Of a DNA stretch of 64,000 nucleotides, positions 37,507-47,829 are shown piece after piece. The notes under the pieces were generated by a model. That model was not told the DNA's origin. It saw only the letters and a program-made list of their open reading frames with translations, and did no database searches. Location of the stretch: NCBI GenBank assembly GCA_963828255.1, contig CAWHDZ010000017.1, forward strand, positions 32,001 to 96,000, read 5' to 3'. Source of the stretch: an uncultured delta proteobacterium (lineage in GTDB: Bacteria > Myxococcota > Myxococcia > Myxococcales > Anaeromyxobacteraceae). Positions within the stretch are counted from its first letter, which is position 1; every line of letters begins with the position of its first letter. Position numbers and translations under genes: made by a program.

Positions 37507-38388
37507 CTACTTCTTCGGAAGCCCCGCCCAGCCGAAGTAGAGATCGGCGACCGCGCACATGTCGTTCGTTCCGTGGCCGGCCTCGATGGCGTCGGCGAAG
37601 AGGCTGCGCACCGCGGCGCTCACCGGCATCTTCGCGCCCTGGTCCGAGGCCGCCTCCTGCGCCAGACGCTGGTCCTTCTCGGCGAGTGCGATGGCGAAGC
37701 GGGGCGTCCAGTCGCGGGCCAGGATCTGCTCCCCCTTCATCAGGAAGAACGGGGAGTGGAAGCTGGAGGCCTGCAGCGTCTCGACCACCTTGGCGACGTC
37801 GAGGCCACCGGAGGCGCCCAGCGCCAGCCCCTCGGCGTAGGCCGCCATCATGGCGCCCCCCACCGAGTTCACCACGAGCTTCATGAGGGCGGCGTCCCGG
37901 GCGTTGTCGAGCTCGATCACCCGCGCCGAGATGGCGCGCAGCGCCGGACGGGCCTTCTCGCGGGCCTCGGCGGGGCCGCCGGCGACGATGGTGAGCTGGG
38001 CCTTCTCGGCGGCGGTCCTGGAGCCGAGCAGGGGAGCCGCGATGAAGGAGGCGCCGCGGGAGCGCACGCGCTCCTCGACCGACTTCGCGCTGCGCACGCC
38101 GGCGGTGGAGACGTCGACGAGCACGGCGCCCTTGCCCAGGCCGGCCAGCGCGCCGCCCGGGCCGTCGAGGACCGCGTCCACGGCCTTCTCGTCGGAGAGG
38201 CACAGGAAGACCAGGTCCTGGCCGGTGGCCGCCTCGCAGGGAGTTGCGGCGCCCTTCGCGCCCTTCTTCACCAGCGGCTCCGACCTCGACGGGGTTCGGT
38301 TCCAGACGGTGACGGTGTGGCCGGACTTGCGAAGGTTGTTGGCCATGGGCGCACCCATGGTCCCCGTTCCAAGGAAGCCAATCTTCAT
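37507..38388 (-). CDS. NAD(P)-dependent oxidoreductase, 3-hydroxyisobutyrate dehydrogenase family
   Basis: IGFLGTGTMGAPMA, VWNRT, MKLVVN, EKDQRLA. Confidence 0.88.
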   Translation of the reverse strand: MKIGFLGTGTMGAPMANNLRKSGHTVTVWNRTPSRSEPLVKKGAKGAATPCEAATGQDLVFLCLSDEKAVDAVLDGPGGALAGLGKGAVLVDVSTAGVRSAKSVEERVRSRGASFIAAPLLGSRTAAEKAQLTIVAGGPAEAREKARPALRAISARVIELDNARDAALMKLVVNSVGGAMMAAYAEGLALGASGGLDVAKVVETLQASSFHSPFFLMKGEQILARDWTPRFAIALAEKDQRLAQEAASDQGAKMPVSAAVRSLFADAIEAGHGTNDMCAVADLYFGWAGLPKK

Positions 38389-38531
38389 GGTTCGACCCTT
38401 GTAGCCCAAGGGAGCGGGCTGTGAAAGCGCGATCCGACGCCCCGGAGAAGGGGAAACCCCTGGCGTGGCGCGGCGCGCCATGCGACGATCCTTGGCCGCG
38501 TCGAGGGACGCGTGGAGGTCGGAAAGCCCAG

Positions 38532-39749
38532 ATGGAATCCAGGGATGTCGTCGTCGTCGGGGGAGGGGTGAGCGGTCTCTCCTTCGCCTGGCACGCGGCC
38601 CGTTCGGGCCGGAAGGCGCTGGTCCTGGAGGGGAGCGACCGGCTGGGCGGCTGCCTCGACTCCCGGCGGACCGCGGCCGGCTACTGGTACGAGCTGGGCG
38701 CCCACACCTGCTACAACTCCTACGCCGGTCTGCTCGAGATCATCGAGGGCGCCGGCCTGCGCGACCGGATCGTCCCGCGCGGCGAGGCCCGCAAGCGCTT
38801 CGCCTTCCTCCGGGGCGGCGCCATCGACATGCTCGGCCCCATCTCGGTGCTGATGCGCTTCGACAAGGCGGAACTGCTGCGCAACGTCTTCCGTGGCATG
38901 CGCGCCTCGAAGGAGGGGGCCACCACCTGTGGCTGGTACTCCGGCGTGGTGGGGAAGAGGAACTACTCTCGCATCCTCGCCCCCTTCCTCTCGGCCGTGC
39001 CCTCGCAGAGCGTGGACTCCTTCCCCGCGGCGGGCCCGGGCTCCCTCTTCAAGAAGCGGCCGCGGCGCAAGGACGTGGTGAAGAGCTTCACGCTCGACGG
39101 CGGCCTCTCCTCGGTGATCGCGGCTGCGGCGGGCAGCCCCGGCGTCGAGACCCGGACCGGCGCGATCGTTCGCGAGGTCAGGACGGTCGGCGGCGGGTAC
39201 GAGGTCCGGCTCGCCGACGGGAGCTCCTTCCAGGCGCCGGTGGTGTCGGTGGCGGTCCCGCCGTCGATGGCCTCGGCGATGCTGCGCGCCGACTTCCCCG
39301 ACCTCTCGTCCGAGCTGGCCCGCGTCGGGATGGCGGCCACCGAGTCGGTCGGCGTGGTGGTCCGCCGCCAGAAGGTGAAGCTCCCGGAGATGGCCTTCCT
39401 GGTCCCGGACGACGACCTCTTCTGGTCGGCGGTGACGCGCGATCCGGTCCCCGACCCGGACTGGCGCGCCTTCGCCTTCCACTTCAAGACCGGGAAGACC
39501 GACGACGAGCGCCGGGCCCGCATCGCCCAGATCCTCCAGGTGGAGCAGGGCGACTTCGAGGAGGTCACCCGCCGGATGACCTTGCTCCCGTCCCCGGTCC
39601 TCGGGCACGACCGCCTCGTGGGGGAGCTCGACCGGATGCTCTCCGGGTCGCGCCTGGCGCTCACCGGGAACTACTTCGACGGGCTCGCCATCGAGGACTG
39701 CGTGCAGCGGTCCCGCGCGGAGTGGGCGCGGGTCTCGGCGGCGACCTAG
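38532..39749 (+). CDS. FAD-dependent oxidoreductase, protoporphyrinogen oxidase (HemY)-like
   Basis: VVVGGGVSG, LEGSDRLGG, ELGAH, GNYFDGLAIEDCV. Confidence 0.75.
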   Translation: MESRDVVVVGGGVSGLSFAWHAARSGRKALVLEGSDRLGGCLDSRRTAAGYWYELGAHTCYNSYAGLLEIIEGAGLRDRIVPRGEARKRFAFLRGGAIDMLGPISVLMRFDKAELLRNVFRGMRASKEGATTCGWYSGVVGKRNYSRILAPFLSAVPSQSVDSFPAAGPGSLFKKRPRRKDVVKSFTLDGGLSSVIAAAAGSPGVETRTGAIVREVRTVGGGYEVRLADGSSFQAPVVSVAVPPSMASAMLRADFPDLSSELARVGMAATESVGVVVRRQKVKLPEMAFLVPDDDLFWSAVTRDPVPDPDWRAFAFHFKTGKTDDERRARIAQILQVEQGDFEEVTRRMTLLPSPVLGHDRLVGELDRMLSGSRLALTGNYFDGLAIEDCVQRSRAEWARVSAAT

Positions 39750-40213
39750 CCGCTCGCCGCGCGCGTCCACTCGAAGAGCCCCGAAAGCCTTCCGGAGAGA
39801 GCGCCCGCGCCGCGGCCGTGGGAGGGAGCCACGAAGACCGTGTCGTCGCCGGCGATGGTGCCGAGGACCCCGGGGAGGCGGGCCAGGTCGATGGCGCGGG
39901 CCACCGCCGGCGCGCTGCCCGGCAGGGTCCGGATCACGACCAGGGAGCCGTTGGTGGCCACCGCCGACACCAGCCCGGCGACGGCGGCGGCGACGGCGGC
40001 CGGCGCCCCGTCTCCGATCTCGTAGAAGGAGCCCTCCGGGCGCGAGACCCGGCGGGCCGAGAGGCGGGCCAGGTCCCGGGAGAGGGTGGCCTGGGTGGCC
40101 CGGATGCCCTGGCGGCGCAGCCCTTCCAGCAGCTCCTCCTGCGTGGAAACCCGTCCGGCCCGCAGGATGCGGGCCACGGCGTCGCGGCGCCGGCTGGCGT
40201 CCCGGGCGCTCAC
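39746..40213 (-). CDS. argR: Arginine repressor
   Basis: TQEELL, TQATLSRDL, VIRTLPGSA, GTIAGDDT. Confidence 0.93.
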   Translation of the reverse strand: MSARDASRRRDAVARILRAGRVSTQEELLEGLRRQGIRATQATLSRDLARLSARRVSRPEGSFYEIGDGAPAAVAAAVAGLVSAVATNGSLVVIRTLPGSAPAVARAIDLARLPGVLGTIAGDDTVFVAPSHGRGAGALSGRLSGLFEWTRAASG

Positions 40214-42306
40214 CGGTAGATCAGGGTCCCCACGCCGCGGTCGGTGAAGAGCTCGGCGATGACGGTGTGGGGGACGCGGCCGTCGAGGACGTGGACCCGC
40301 TCCACGCCCCCGGCCAGGGCCCGCAGGATGGCGCGGGCCTTGTGCTTCATGCCGCCGGTGATGGCGCCGGCCTCGACCCGCTTCTCCAGATCGGGGCCGG
40401 AGATCTGGCGGACCATGCCGCCGTCCGGCGCCGACTCGAGGATTCCGGGCACGTCGGTCAGGTAGATGAGCTTCTTCGCCCCCAGCGCCGCCGCCACCGC
40501 CGCGGCCACGTCGTCCGCGTTCACGGATAGTCCGCGTCCGTCCTCGCCGCTTCCGATGGGGGAGATGACCGGCACGTATCCGGACTTGAGGAGCATCTTC
40601 AGGAAGTCCTTGTTCACCTCGACCACCTCGCCGTGGTGGCCCAGGTCGCGGCCGCTCTCGTGCACGATCCTGCGGGCCTTGAGGAGCTGGCCGTCCTTGC
40701 CGGAGAGCCCCACCGCCGAGGCGTTGCGGGCGTTGAGGAGCGCCACCAGCTCCTGGTTGACCTTGCCGGTGAGCACCATCTCGATCACCGGCAGCGAGGT
40801 GGCGTCGGTGATGCGCAGCCCGTCCACGAACTCGGAGCGCTCGCCCAGCCGCTCCATGGTCCGGGTCACCTCCTGGGCGCCGCCGTGCACCACCACCGGC
40901 TTCAGCCCCACCGACTTGAGCAGCGCCACGTCCTCGGCGAAGGCCTCCTTGAGCGACTCCTTCACCATGGCCGCGCCGCCGTACTTGATGACCGCCACCT
41001 GGCCGGAGAAGGCGGCGATGTACTTGAGCGCCTCGGCCAGGAGCGCCCTCTTGAAGGCCGGCGAGTAGTTGGCCACGTGGTCCTCGCGGGCCACGCCGCC
41101 GTCGGGCTTCTGCACGATCTGCGAGGCGTAGTCGGCGTTGATCTTCACGTAGTCGTAGGAGAGGTCGCAGCCCCAGGCCGTCGCGGTGACGTCCCCGTCG
41201 GCCAGCTCGACCCGCAGGTCGATCGAGGGCTCGCGCATGCGCGCCTTCAGGGCCTCCCGGTCGAACTCGGTGGGGGCCCCGCCGGAGAAGACCGCCACGC
41301 CCTGGAGCAGGACCCTGGCCTTGAAGGGGTCGATGAGCCAGCCGCGGGTCCCGGCCCGCGCACCCACCGTGGCGAGCACCCGCCCCCAGTTGGGGTCGGC
41401 GCCGAAGAGGGCCGCCTTGACCAGCGGTGAATTGGCGATGGAGCGGGCCACGTCGCGGGCGGAGGCGTCGGTGGGGGCGCCGGTCACCACCACCTCGAGG
41501 AGCTTGGAGGCCCCCTCGCCGTCCGAGGCCATGGCCCGGGTCATCTCCCGGAAGAGGTCGGTGACGGCGGTCTCCAGGACCTCCTGGTCGGGCCCGGGCT
41601 CGGAGATGCGCGCGTTCCCGGCCAGGCCGTTGGCCAGGGCCACGAGCGAGTCGTTGGTGGACATGTCGCCGTCCACGGTGAGCATCTCGAAGGTGCCCTT
41701 CACCGCCCGTCCCATCACCTCCTGGAGGATCTTGGGGGTCACCGAGACGTCGGTCACCACCACGCAGATCATGGTGGCGAGCTGCGGCGCCAGCATCCCC
41801 GAGCCCTTGGCGATGCAGGCCACGGTGGCGGCCTTCCCGCCCACCACCACCTCGCGCGACGCCATCTTGGTGCGCGTGTCGGTGGTCATGATGGCCTCGG
41901 CGGCGAAGTCGGCCCGCGCGCCCAGCTGCTCCACCAGCGCGGGGATGGCGTCGAGGATCTTCTGGGCCGGCATCCGCACGCCGATGACGCCGGTGGAGGC
42001 GGTGAGCACGGCGCGCTTCTGCACGCCGAGCGCGTCGGCCACCGCGCCGCGCAGGTTGGCCACGTCCTCCAGGCCGCGCGGGCCGGTGAGCGCGTTGGCG
42101 TTGCCGCTGTTGACGAGCACGGCCCGCATGCCCTCGGCGGGGACCCGGTCGCGCGCATCGGCCACCGGCGCGGCCGCGGCCTTGTTCACGGTGAAGAGGC
42201 CGGCGGCGGCGGCCGGCACGTCGGAGACCACCAGCGCCACGTCGCGCCGCTGCGGCTTCAGCCCCGCCGCGACGCCGGAGAACCGGAACCCCTTGGGGAT
42301 CTTCAC
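40210..42306 (-). CDS. argJ: Fused ornithine acetyltransferase / acetylglutamate kinase (ArgJ-ArgB)
   Basis: NSGNANA, STGVIG, KGSGMLAPQLATM, DGDMSTND, GCDLSYDYVKINADY, then IKYGG, VVHGG, NADD, ELFTDRGVGT in one frame. Confidence 0.92.
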   Translation of the reverse strand: MKIPKGFRFSGVAAGLKPQRRDVALVVSDVPAAAAGLFTVNKAAAAPVADARDRVPAEGMRAVLVNSGNANALTGPRGLEDVANLRGAVADALGVQKRAVLTASTGVIGVRMPAQKILDAIPALVEQLGARADFAAEAIMTTDTRTKMASREVVVGGKAATVACIAKGSGMLAPQLATMICVVVTDVSVTPKILQEVMGRAVKGTFEMLTVDGDMSTNDSLVALANGLAGNARISEPGPDQEVLETAVTDLFREMTRAMASDGEGASKLLEVVVTGAPTDASARDVARSIANSPLVKAALFGADPNWGRVLATVGARAGTRGWLIDPFKARVLLQGVAVFSGGAPTEFDREALKARMREPSIDLRVELADGDVTATAWGCDLSYDYVKINADYASQIVQKPDGGVAREDHVANYSPAFKRALLAEALKYIAAFSGQVAVIKYGGAAMVKESLKEAFAEDVALLKSVGLKPVVVHGGAQEVTRTMERLGERSEFVDGLRITDATSLPVIEMVLTGKVNQELVALLNARNASAVGLSGKDGQLLKARRIVHESGRDLGHHGEVVEVNKDFLKMLLKSGYVPVISPIGSGEDGRGLSVNADDVAAAVAAALGAKKLIYLTDVPGILESAPDGGMVRQISGPDLEKRVEAGAITGGMKHKARAILRALAGGVERVHVLDGRVPHTVIAELFTDRGVGTLIYR

Positions 42307-43342
42307 GCCTGGCCTCCCGGGAGATCGAGGCCGAGGGTCTCGTCCCAGCCCTGCGTCGCGTTGTAGGCCTGGACGGCCTGACCGGCGGCCCCCTTCACCA
42401 GGTTGTCGATGGCCGAGACGGCGATGACGAGCCCGGTGCGCTCGTCGAGCGTGGCGCCCAGGTGGCAGCGGTTGGTCCGGGCCACGTCCTTCACCGCCAC
42501 CCTGTCGGGGTTCACCACCCGGACGAAGGGCTCGGAGCCGTAGGCCTTCTCGAGGGCGTCGCGCAGGGCGGCGGAGGTGGCGCCCGGGGCGGCCCGCAGC
42601 GCGCAGGTGGCCAGGATGCCGCGCCGCAGGGGAACGAGGTGGGGCGTGAAGGAGATGGGCCCACCCCCCCGGCGAAGCGCGCCACCGTCTGCTCGATCTC
42701 CGGGACGTGCTGGTGGCGGCCGATGCGGTAGGCGCGCAGGTCCTCGTCCACCTCGCAGAAGGAGTATTCCTCGCTGGCCTTCCGCCCCGCGCCGGAGACA
42801 CCGCTCATGGCCGAGACGGCGATGCCCTCCCGGGCGGCCAGGCCGGAGCGGACCAGCGGTGCGAGCGCCAGCGCGATGGCGGTGGCGTAGCATCCCGGGT
42901 TGGTGACGAAGGTGGCCCCGCGCAGCGCAGCCCGATCGAGCTCGGGCAGGCCGTAGCGGGCCTGGGCGAGGAGCGGGACCGCCGTGTGCTCGAAGCCGTA
43001 CCAGGTCGGGTAGGCGGCCGGGTCGTGGAGCCGGAAGGCGCCGGAGAGGTCCACCACGGCGACGCCCCGGGCGTGCAGCGCCGGGCCGAGCGCCAGCGAG
43101 ACCTCGGCCGGCGTCGCCAGGAAGGCCACGTCCGCGGAGAGCGCGGGCGCCTGGGCCTGCGGCAGGTAGCGCAGCGCAGCCGCCGGGGCGGGGAGGGGGA
43201 GCCGCGAGCCGGCCGACTCGTCGGCCCAGCGGTCCGAGTAGATCGAGGCCAGCCGGAGGCCGGGGTGGCGGGCGACGATGCGGGTGAGCTCGAGGCCGGA
43301 GTATCCGGATGCCCCGACGACGGCGACGGTGCGCGTATCCAT
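42303..43342 (-). CDS. argC: N-acetyl-gamma-glutamyl-phosphate reductase; one frameshift near 42660-42670
   Basis: GASGYSG, NPGCY, SGVSGAG, HQHVPEI in one frame; FTPHLVP, IDNLVKGAAGQA in another; break at a C7 run, likely a sequencing error. Confidence 0.9.
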
Positions 43343-43344
43343 GA

Positions 43345-43364
43345 AGTTGCATGAATATGCAACT
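43345..43364. promoter_or_regulatory. ARG box (ArgR operator)
   Basis: Palindrome AGTTGCAT-GAAT-ATGCAACT 2 bp upstream of the argC ATG. Confidence 0.75.
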
Positions 43365-43397
43365 CGGGGCGGCCGGTCAACGGCCGCCCCGGAATCA

Positions 43398-43484
43398 TGG
43401 TGCCCAGGAGAGGACTCGAACCTCCATGGCCTTTCAGCCGCTAGACCCTGAATCTAGTGCGTCTACCAATTTCGCCACCTGGGC
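43398..43484 (-). tRNA. tRNA-Leu(CAG)
   Basis: GCCCAGGTGGCGAAATTGGTAGACGC, CTAGATT CAG GGTCTAG, long variable arm, CCA end, 87 nt. Confidence 0.96.
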
Positions 43485-43497
43485 GGAGGTGGGCCCC

Positions 43498-43527
43498 TCT
43501 CTAGCGGGGGGAGCGGCCCGGTGTCAA
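43498..43527 (-). promoter_or_regulatory. Candidate sigma70 promoter of tRNA-Leu
   Basis: TTGACA-N18-TAGAGA. Confidence 0.45.
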
Positions 43528-43558
43528 CGCCATTCGGAGCGGCTAGGATGCCATCCCC

Positions 43559-44191
43559 ATGACCCTCCCCACCGCGCTGCTGGCCCTCGCCCTTGCGTCC
43601 GCCCCCTCTCCCCAGGCCCCGGTCACGCTGGTGGGCGCGGGAGCGCTCGGACCGGGGGGCGCCGCCTGGCTGACCGAGGTCGGCTATCCGGGGTTGGCGC
43701 TCACCTACGCCCAGGGGCTCGACGAGTGGAACGACCTGGGCGGGACCGTGGGAATGGGATGGACCACCGGGGAGATGGTGCTCGGGCTGGTGTGGCGGCG
43801 GGAACTGGCCGGGGACGCCGGCAGCCGGGCCGGATTCCGGCTCGTGGCCGGGCCGTGGTTCAACTTCGGCGCGACCTGGATCTACCCGGAGAACCGCTCG
43901 AACCTGGGGCTGCTGGTCGCGCCCGGAGCGGGCTGGACCGCGTCGGCAGGCCAGGGACTGGTGAGCGTCACGCTGGATCTCGGGCTCGAGTGGGCCATGC
44001 AGCGCGACATGGGGTTCGGGTTCGTCCCGCGCCTGGGCCTGGCCTACGAGGTGCCGGTGGCCCGGGATGTCACCCTGGGTGCGAAGGCCGGGCTGTGGAT
44101 CCGCTGGGCCACGGGGAGCGCGAAGATCCCGGGCCTGGACGAGAGGCTCCTGGGCGAGCTCGTGGCCCTGGTGACCTGGAAGGTCTTCTAG
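43559..44191 (+). CDS. Putative small outer-membrane beta-barrel protein
   Basis: Signal peptide, alternating amphipathic strands, C-terminal ..TWKVF. Confidence 0.6.
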   Translation: MTLPTALLALALASAPSPQAPVTLVGAGALGPGGAAWLTEVGYPGLALTYAQGLDEWNDLGGTVGMGWTTGEMVLGLVWRRELAGDAGSRAGFRLVAGPWFNFGATWIYPENRSNLGLLVAPGAGWTASAGQGLVSVTLDLGLEWAMQRDMGFGFVPRLGLAYEVPVARDVTLGAKAGLWIRWATGSAKIPGLDERLLGELVALVTWKVF

Positions 44192-44211
44192 GCGGGGCGG
44201 ACGCCGGCCCG

Positions 44212-45585
44212 CTACCAGCGGGTGACGCAGGCGATGGCCGGGCTGCAGGTCCGGTCCACCGACTCGATGTACTTGAGCATCTCCTCGGCATCGACGGCCC
44301 CGGTGATGCGCTGGGGGATCTCTCGCCCCGCCGAGTCGATGAAGACCACCGTGGGCATGCCCACCACGGCGTACTTGTCGAAGACCTTCTGGAAGGCGTC
44401 GGTGTCATGGGTGCCATCCATCTTGAGCGTGACGAAGCGCCCCGCCGCCGCCTGCACGCGCGGATCGGCCCAGGCGGCCTTGTCGAGCTCCTTGCAGGCG
44501 GTGCACCACTCGGCCCAGAAGTCGATGATGACCGGCTTGCCCTGGGCGCGGGCCTGCGCGATGGCCGCCAGCTCGTCCTGGTGGAAGCGCCAGGCGAGAC
44601 CGCCGCCCTGTGCGCGGGAGCGCGCCGACGCGGCGCCGGACGCGTAGACGATCGCGCCCACCACGAGCGCCACGCCCGCCCCCTTGGCGAGCTTGTGGAG
44701 GGCCGAACCCTGGAAGCTGCCGCTGAAGGCGCCCAGCAGCACGCCGGCGCCCGCCAGGCCGGCCGCGGCCAGGGCTGCGGTGCGGGAGGCGAGGAAGAGG
44801 GGCTGGAGGGCCGGCAGCGCGTCCTTCAGGAAGACGCCGGCGGCGGCGAGCAGCGCCACGCCGAAGACGCTCTTCACCGTGTCCATCCAGGGACCGCTCT
44901 TGGGGAGCGACACCGAGAAGGCGCCGATGAGGAAGAAGAGGAGGCCGAGCCCCATGGCGTAGGCGAACATGATGCCCACGCCGAAGGCCACCGAGCCCTT
45001 GGTGGCGACGAAGGCCAGCGCCGCGGCCAGCACCGGTCCCGTGCAGGGCGCGGCGATGACTCCGGAGACGAGCCCCATTCCGAGCGCGCCCAGGTAGCCC
45101 GCTCCGCCCACCCCCTGCAGCCGGGCCTGCATCGACGGGGGAAGCTGAAGCTCGAAGGCGCCGAACATGGACGCGGCCATGGTGGCGAAGACCAGCGCGA
45201 CCCCGCCGATCACGAGCGGGTTCTGCATCACGCTGCCGAAGGCCTTGCCGGTGAGGGCCGCGCCCATTCCCAGCGCCGAGTACATGATGGCGATGCCGAG
45301 GACGTAGAGGCCGGAGAGCGCCATGGCGTGGCGGCGGGACGTGGCCTCGCGGGCCCCGAAGATGGAGACGGTGATGGGGATGAGCGGGTAGACGCAGGGG
45401 GTGAGGCTGGTGAGGACGCCACCCCCGAAGGCCACCACGTAGGCGAGGAACGACCCCTCGGCGAGCAGCGCGCCGAGCCCGAGGTCGGTGGCTGCGCCCG
45501 TGGACCCGCTGGCCGCCAGGTCGGGCAGCCAGGCCACGCCTGCGAAGGTGATGGCCGCGACCAGGATTCTCGTGAGGATCCGCAT
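44212..45585 (-). CDS. dsbD: Thiol:disulfide interchange protein DsbD-like (TM domain plus thioredoxin, no alpha domain)
   Basis: SLTPCVYP, AAPCTGP, PKSGPWM, DFWAEWCTACK. Confidence 0.85.
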   Translation of the reverse strand: MRILTRILVAAITFAGVAWLPDLAASGSTGAATDLGLGALLAEGSFLAYVVAFGGGVLTSLTPCVYPLIPITVSIFGAREATSRRHAMALSGLYVLGIAIMYSALGMGAALTGKAFGSVMQNPLVIGGVALVFATMAASMFGAFELQLPPSMQARLQGVGGAGYLGALGMGLVSGVIAAPCTGPVLAAALAFVATKGSVAFGVGIMFAYAMGLGLLFFLIGAFSVSLPKSGPWMDTVKSVFGVALLAAAGVFLKDALPALQPLFLASRTAALAAAGLAGAGVLLGAFSGSFQGSALHKLAKGAGVALVVGAIVYASGAASARSRAQGGGLAWRFHQDELAAIAQARAQGKPVIIDFWAEWCTACKELDKAAWADPRVQAAAGRFVTLKMDGTHDTDAFQKVFDKYAVVGMPTVVFIDSAGREIPQRITGAVDAEEMLKYIESVDRTCSPAIACVTRW

Positions 45586-45693
45586 GCGTCCTTTCAACAT
45601 AACCACCCGTTGGCCCGGGGGAAACCTTCGTTATAGAACCCAGGCCGGAACGCAGCCGCGAGCCATTCCATTCCATTGGAGACAGGCGGGGCC

Positions 45694-46866
45694 TTGAGGA
45701 TTCCCATCTACATGGACTGCCACTCGACCACGCAGGTCGACCCGCGCGTCGTCGAGGCCATGCTCCCGTACTTCACCGAACGCTTCGGCAACGCCGCCTC
45801 GAAGAGCCACTCCTTCGGCTGGAAGGCCGAGGAGGCGGTCGAGGAGGCGCGCGAGGAGGTGGCCCGCCTCATCGGCGCGACCGCCCGCGAGATCGTCTGG
45901 ACGAGCGGCGCCACGGAGGCGGACAACCTGGCCGTGAAGGGGGTGGCCCGCTTCCACGCCGCGAAGGGGCGCCACCTGGTCACCACCGCCATCGAGCACA
46001 AGGCGGTGCTCGACCCGATGGCGGCGCTCTCGCGCGAGGGATTCGAGGTGACGGTGCTGCCGGTGAGTCCGGACGGCCTCGTCGACCCGGAGGCGGTGCG
46101 CGAAGCCATCCGCCCCGACACCGTGCTCGTCTCGGTGATGCACGCCAACAACGAGGTGGGGACGGTGCTGCACGTGGAGGAGATCGGGCGGATCACCCGC
46201 GAGAAGGGGGTCCTCTTCCACACCGACGCGGTGCAGTCGCTGGGACGGATCCCCTTCGACGTGGAGGCGGTGAACGCGGACCTGGTCTCGCTCTCGGCGC
46301 ACAAGATGTACGGGCCGAAGGGCGTGGGAGCGCTCTACGTGCGGCGTCGCCCCCGGGCGCGGCTCCTCGCGCAGATCGACGGGGGAGGCCACGAACGCGG
46401 CTACCGTTCCGGGACGCTCAACGTGCCCGGCATCGTGGGGTTCGGGAGGGCGGCTGCGCTGGCGCGCGAGGAGATGCCCGCCGATGCGCCGCGCATCCTG
46501 GCGCTGCGGGAGCGGCTGCGGGGGGCCATCCTGGCCGGGCTGGATCGGGTGACCGTGAACGGGAGCCTGGAACGGCGCCTGCCCGGGAACCTGAACCTGA
46601 GCTTCGCCCACGTGGAGGGGGAGGCGCTCATGATCGCCATGAGGGACGTGGCGGTGAGCAGTGGGTCGGCGTGCACCTCGGCATCGCTCGAGCCCTCGTA
46701 CGTGCTGCGGGCGATGGGGGTCTCCGACGAGCTCGCCCACTCCTCCATCCGCTTCGGCCTCGGCCGCTTCAACACCGAGGAGGAGGTGGATCACGCGGCG
46801 CGGCTGGTCGTCGAGAAGGCCACGAAGCTGCGGGAGATGTCGCCCTTTTCAGCGACTTCTACGTAG
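45694..46866 (+). CDS. iscS: Cysteine desulfurase
   Basis: [48 protein letters not shown]; start 45676 or 45694. Confidence 0.92.
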   Translation: MRIPIYMDCHSTTQVDPRVVEAMLPYFTERFGNAASKSHSFGWKAEEAVEEAREEVARLIGATAREIVWTSGATEADNLAVKGVARFHAAKGRHLVTTAIEHKAVLDPMAALSREGFEVTVLPVSPDGLVDPEAVREAIRPDTVLVSVMHANNEVGTVLHVEEIGRITREKGVLFHTDAVQSLGRIPFDVEAVNADLVSLSAHKMYGPKGVGALYVRRRPRARLLAQIDGGGHERGYRSGTLNVPGIVGFGRAAALAREEMPADAPRILALRERLRGAILAGLDRVTVNGSLERRLPGNLNLSFAHVEGEALMIAMRDVAVSSGSACTSASLEPSYVLRAMGVSDELAHSSIRFGLGRFNTEEEVDHAARLVVEKATKLREMSPFSATST

Positions 46867-47196
46867 TCGAAGGCGCAGGTCTCTCCCACGACCGGATTCC
46901 CCGCATACCGTTCCATGGCCTCCTCCCCGCCCGCAGTCACCCCAAGGAGGGGTTCAACTGGCTGAACCGCGACAGGATTGTCGCAGCTCGCGCCGCGGAC
47001 CTGGAACCGCCTTCTCGGCCTGGCCGCGCCCCTCCGCCGTGCGGGCCTCCAGCGCCAGCACGCCCATGTGCTCCCGCTCCAGTTCGGCCAGGAGTTCGTG
47101 ACGTGACCCCAGGTCCGCGGCGCGGCCCGGTCGGCGCCGAGGAACGGCCTGGGGACAGGCGACGCCGCTGGCCCGTGACGTGCTCCTGCCCCGGCC

Positions 47197-47829
47197 GTGC
47201 GCCTCCTCCTCGCCCTCCTCCTCGCCGTCCCACCGGCGGCTCCCGCGCCGCCGTCGTCGCACCCCGGGCCGCCCGGCGCCGATCCCGCCGCCCTGGCGCG
47301 GCTCGACGGCCAGCGGGTCCTCACCGTGATCGCCGCGGCCGACCCGCCCGTCGCCGAGGTGCAGCGGGCCGCAGCCGACCACGACGGCATCGACCCGGAC
47401 CGGCTGCGCGCCTGGGTGGCCCGCCCCCGCAGCGCCCACTGGCTGCCCCGCGTCTCGCTCGACGCCAGCCGCACCGAGCGTGACACGCGGGTGGTGGGCG
47501 TCACCGGCACGGTCGAGTCCGACTATCTGCGGGTGAACCCGTCCACCCAGTTCGGCGTCCGCCTGAGCTGGGACCTCGACCAGCTGGTCTTCTCCCGCGA
47601 CGAGCCGGCGGCCGCCTGGACGGCCTCCCGGCTCATCGACCGGCGCGCCGAGCGGGTCCGCCGCGCCACCAAGCTCTACTTCCAGCGGCGCCGGTTGCTC
47701 GTCCAGCTGGCGCTCGACCCGCCGCGCGAGGCCATGGGGCGCGCCGAGCGGGAGAACCAGATCGACGAGATCACAGCCGAGCTCGACGAGCTCACCGGGG
47801 GACTGTTCTCCGGAAGGAGGAGACCGTGA
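47197..47829 (+). CDS. Secreted hypothetical protein (weakly reminiscent of TolC-like helices/strands)
   Basis: Signal peptide; WLPRVSL, VRLSWDLDQLVF, LYFQRRRL, ELDELTGG. Confidence 0.55.
   Translation: MRLLLALLLAVPPAAPAPPSSHPGPPGADPAALARLDGQRVLTVIAAADPPVAEVQRAAADHDGIDPDRLRAWVARPRSAHWLPRVSLDASRTERDTRVVGVTGTVESDYLRVNPSTQFGVRLSWDLDQLVFSRDEPAAAWTASRLIDRRAERVRRATKLYFQRRRLLVQLALDPPREAMGRAERENQIDEITAELDELTGGLFSGRRRP

Noticed and set aside
42655..42675. argC as pseudogene or phase-variable gene
   Set aside because: Single shift at a C7 homopolymer in an otherwise intact operon; sequencing error is more likely.
46867..47190. Intergenic stretch after iscS as a small gene
   Set aside because: No convincing ORF, RBS or motif.
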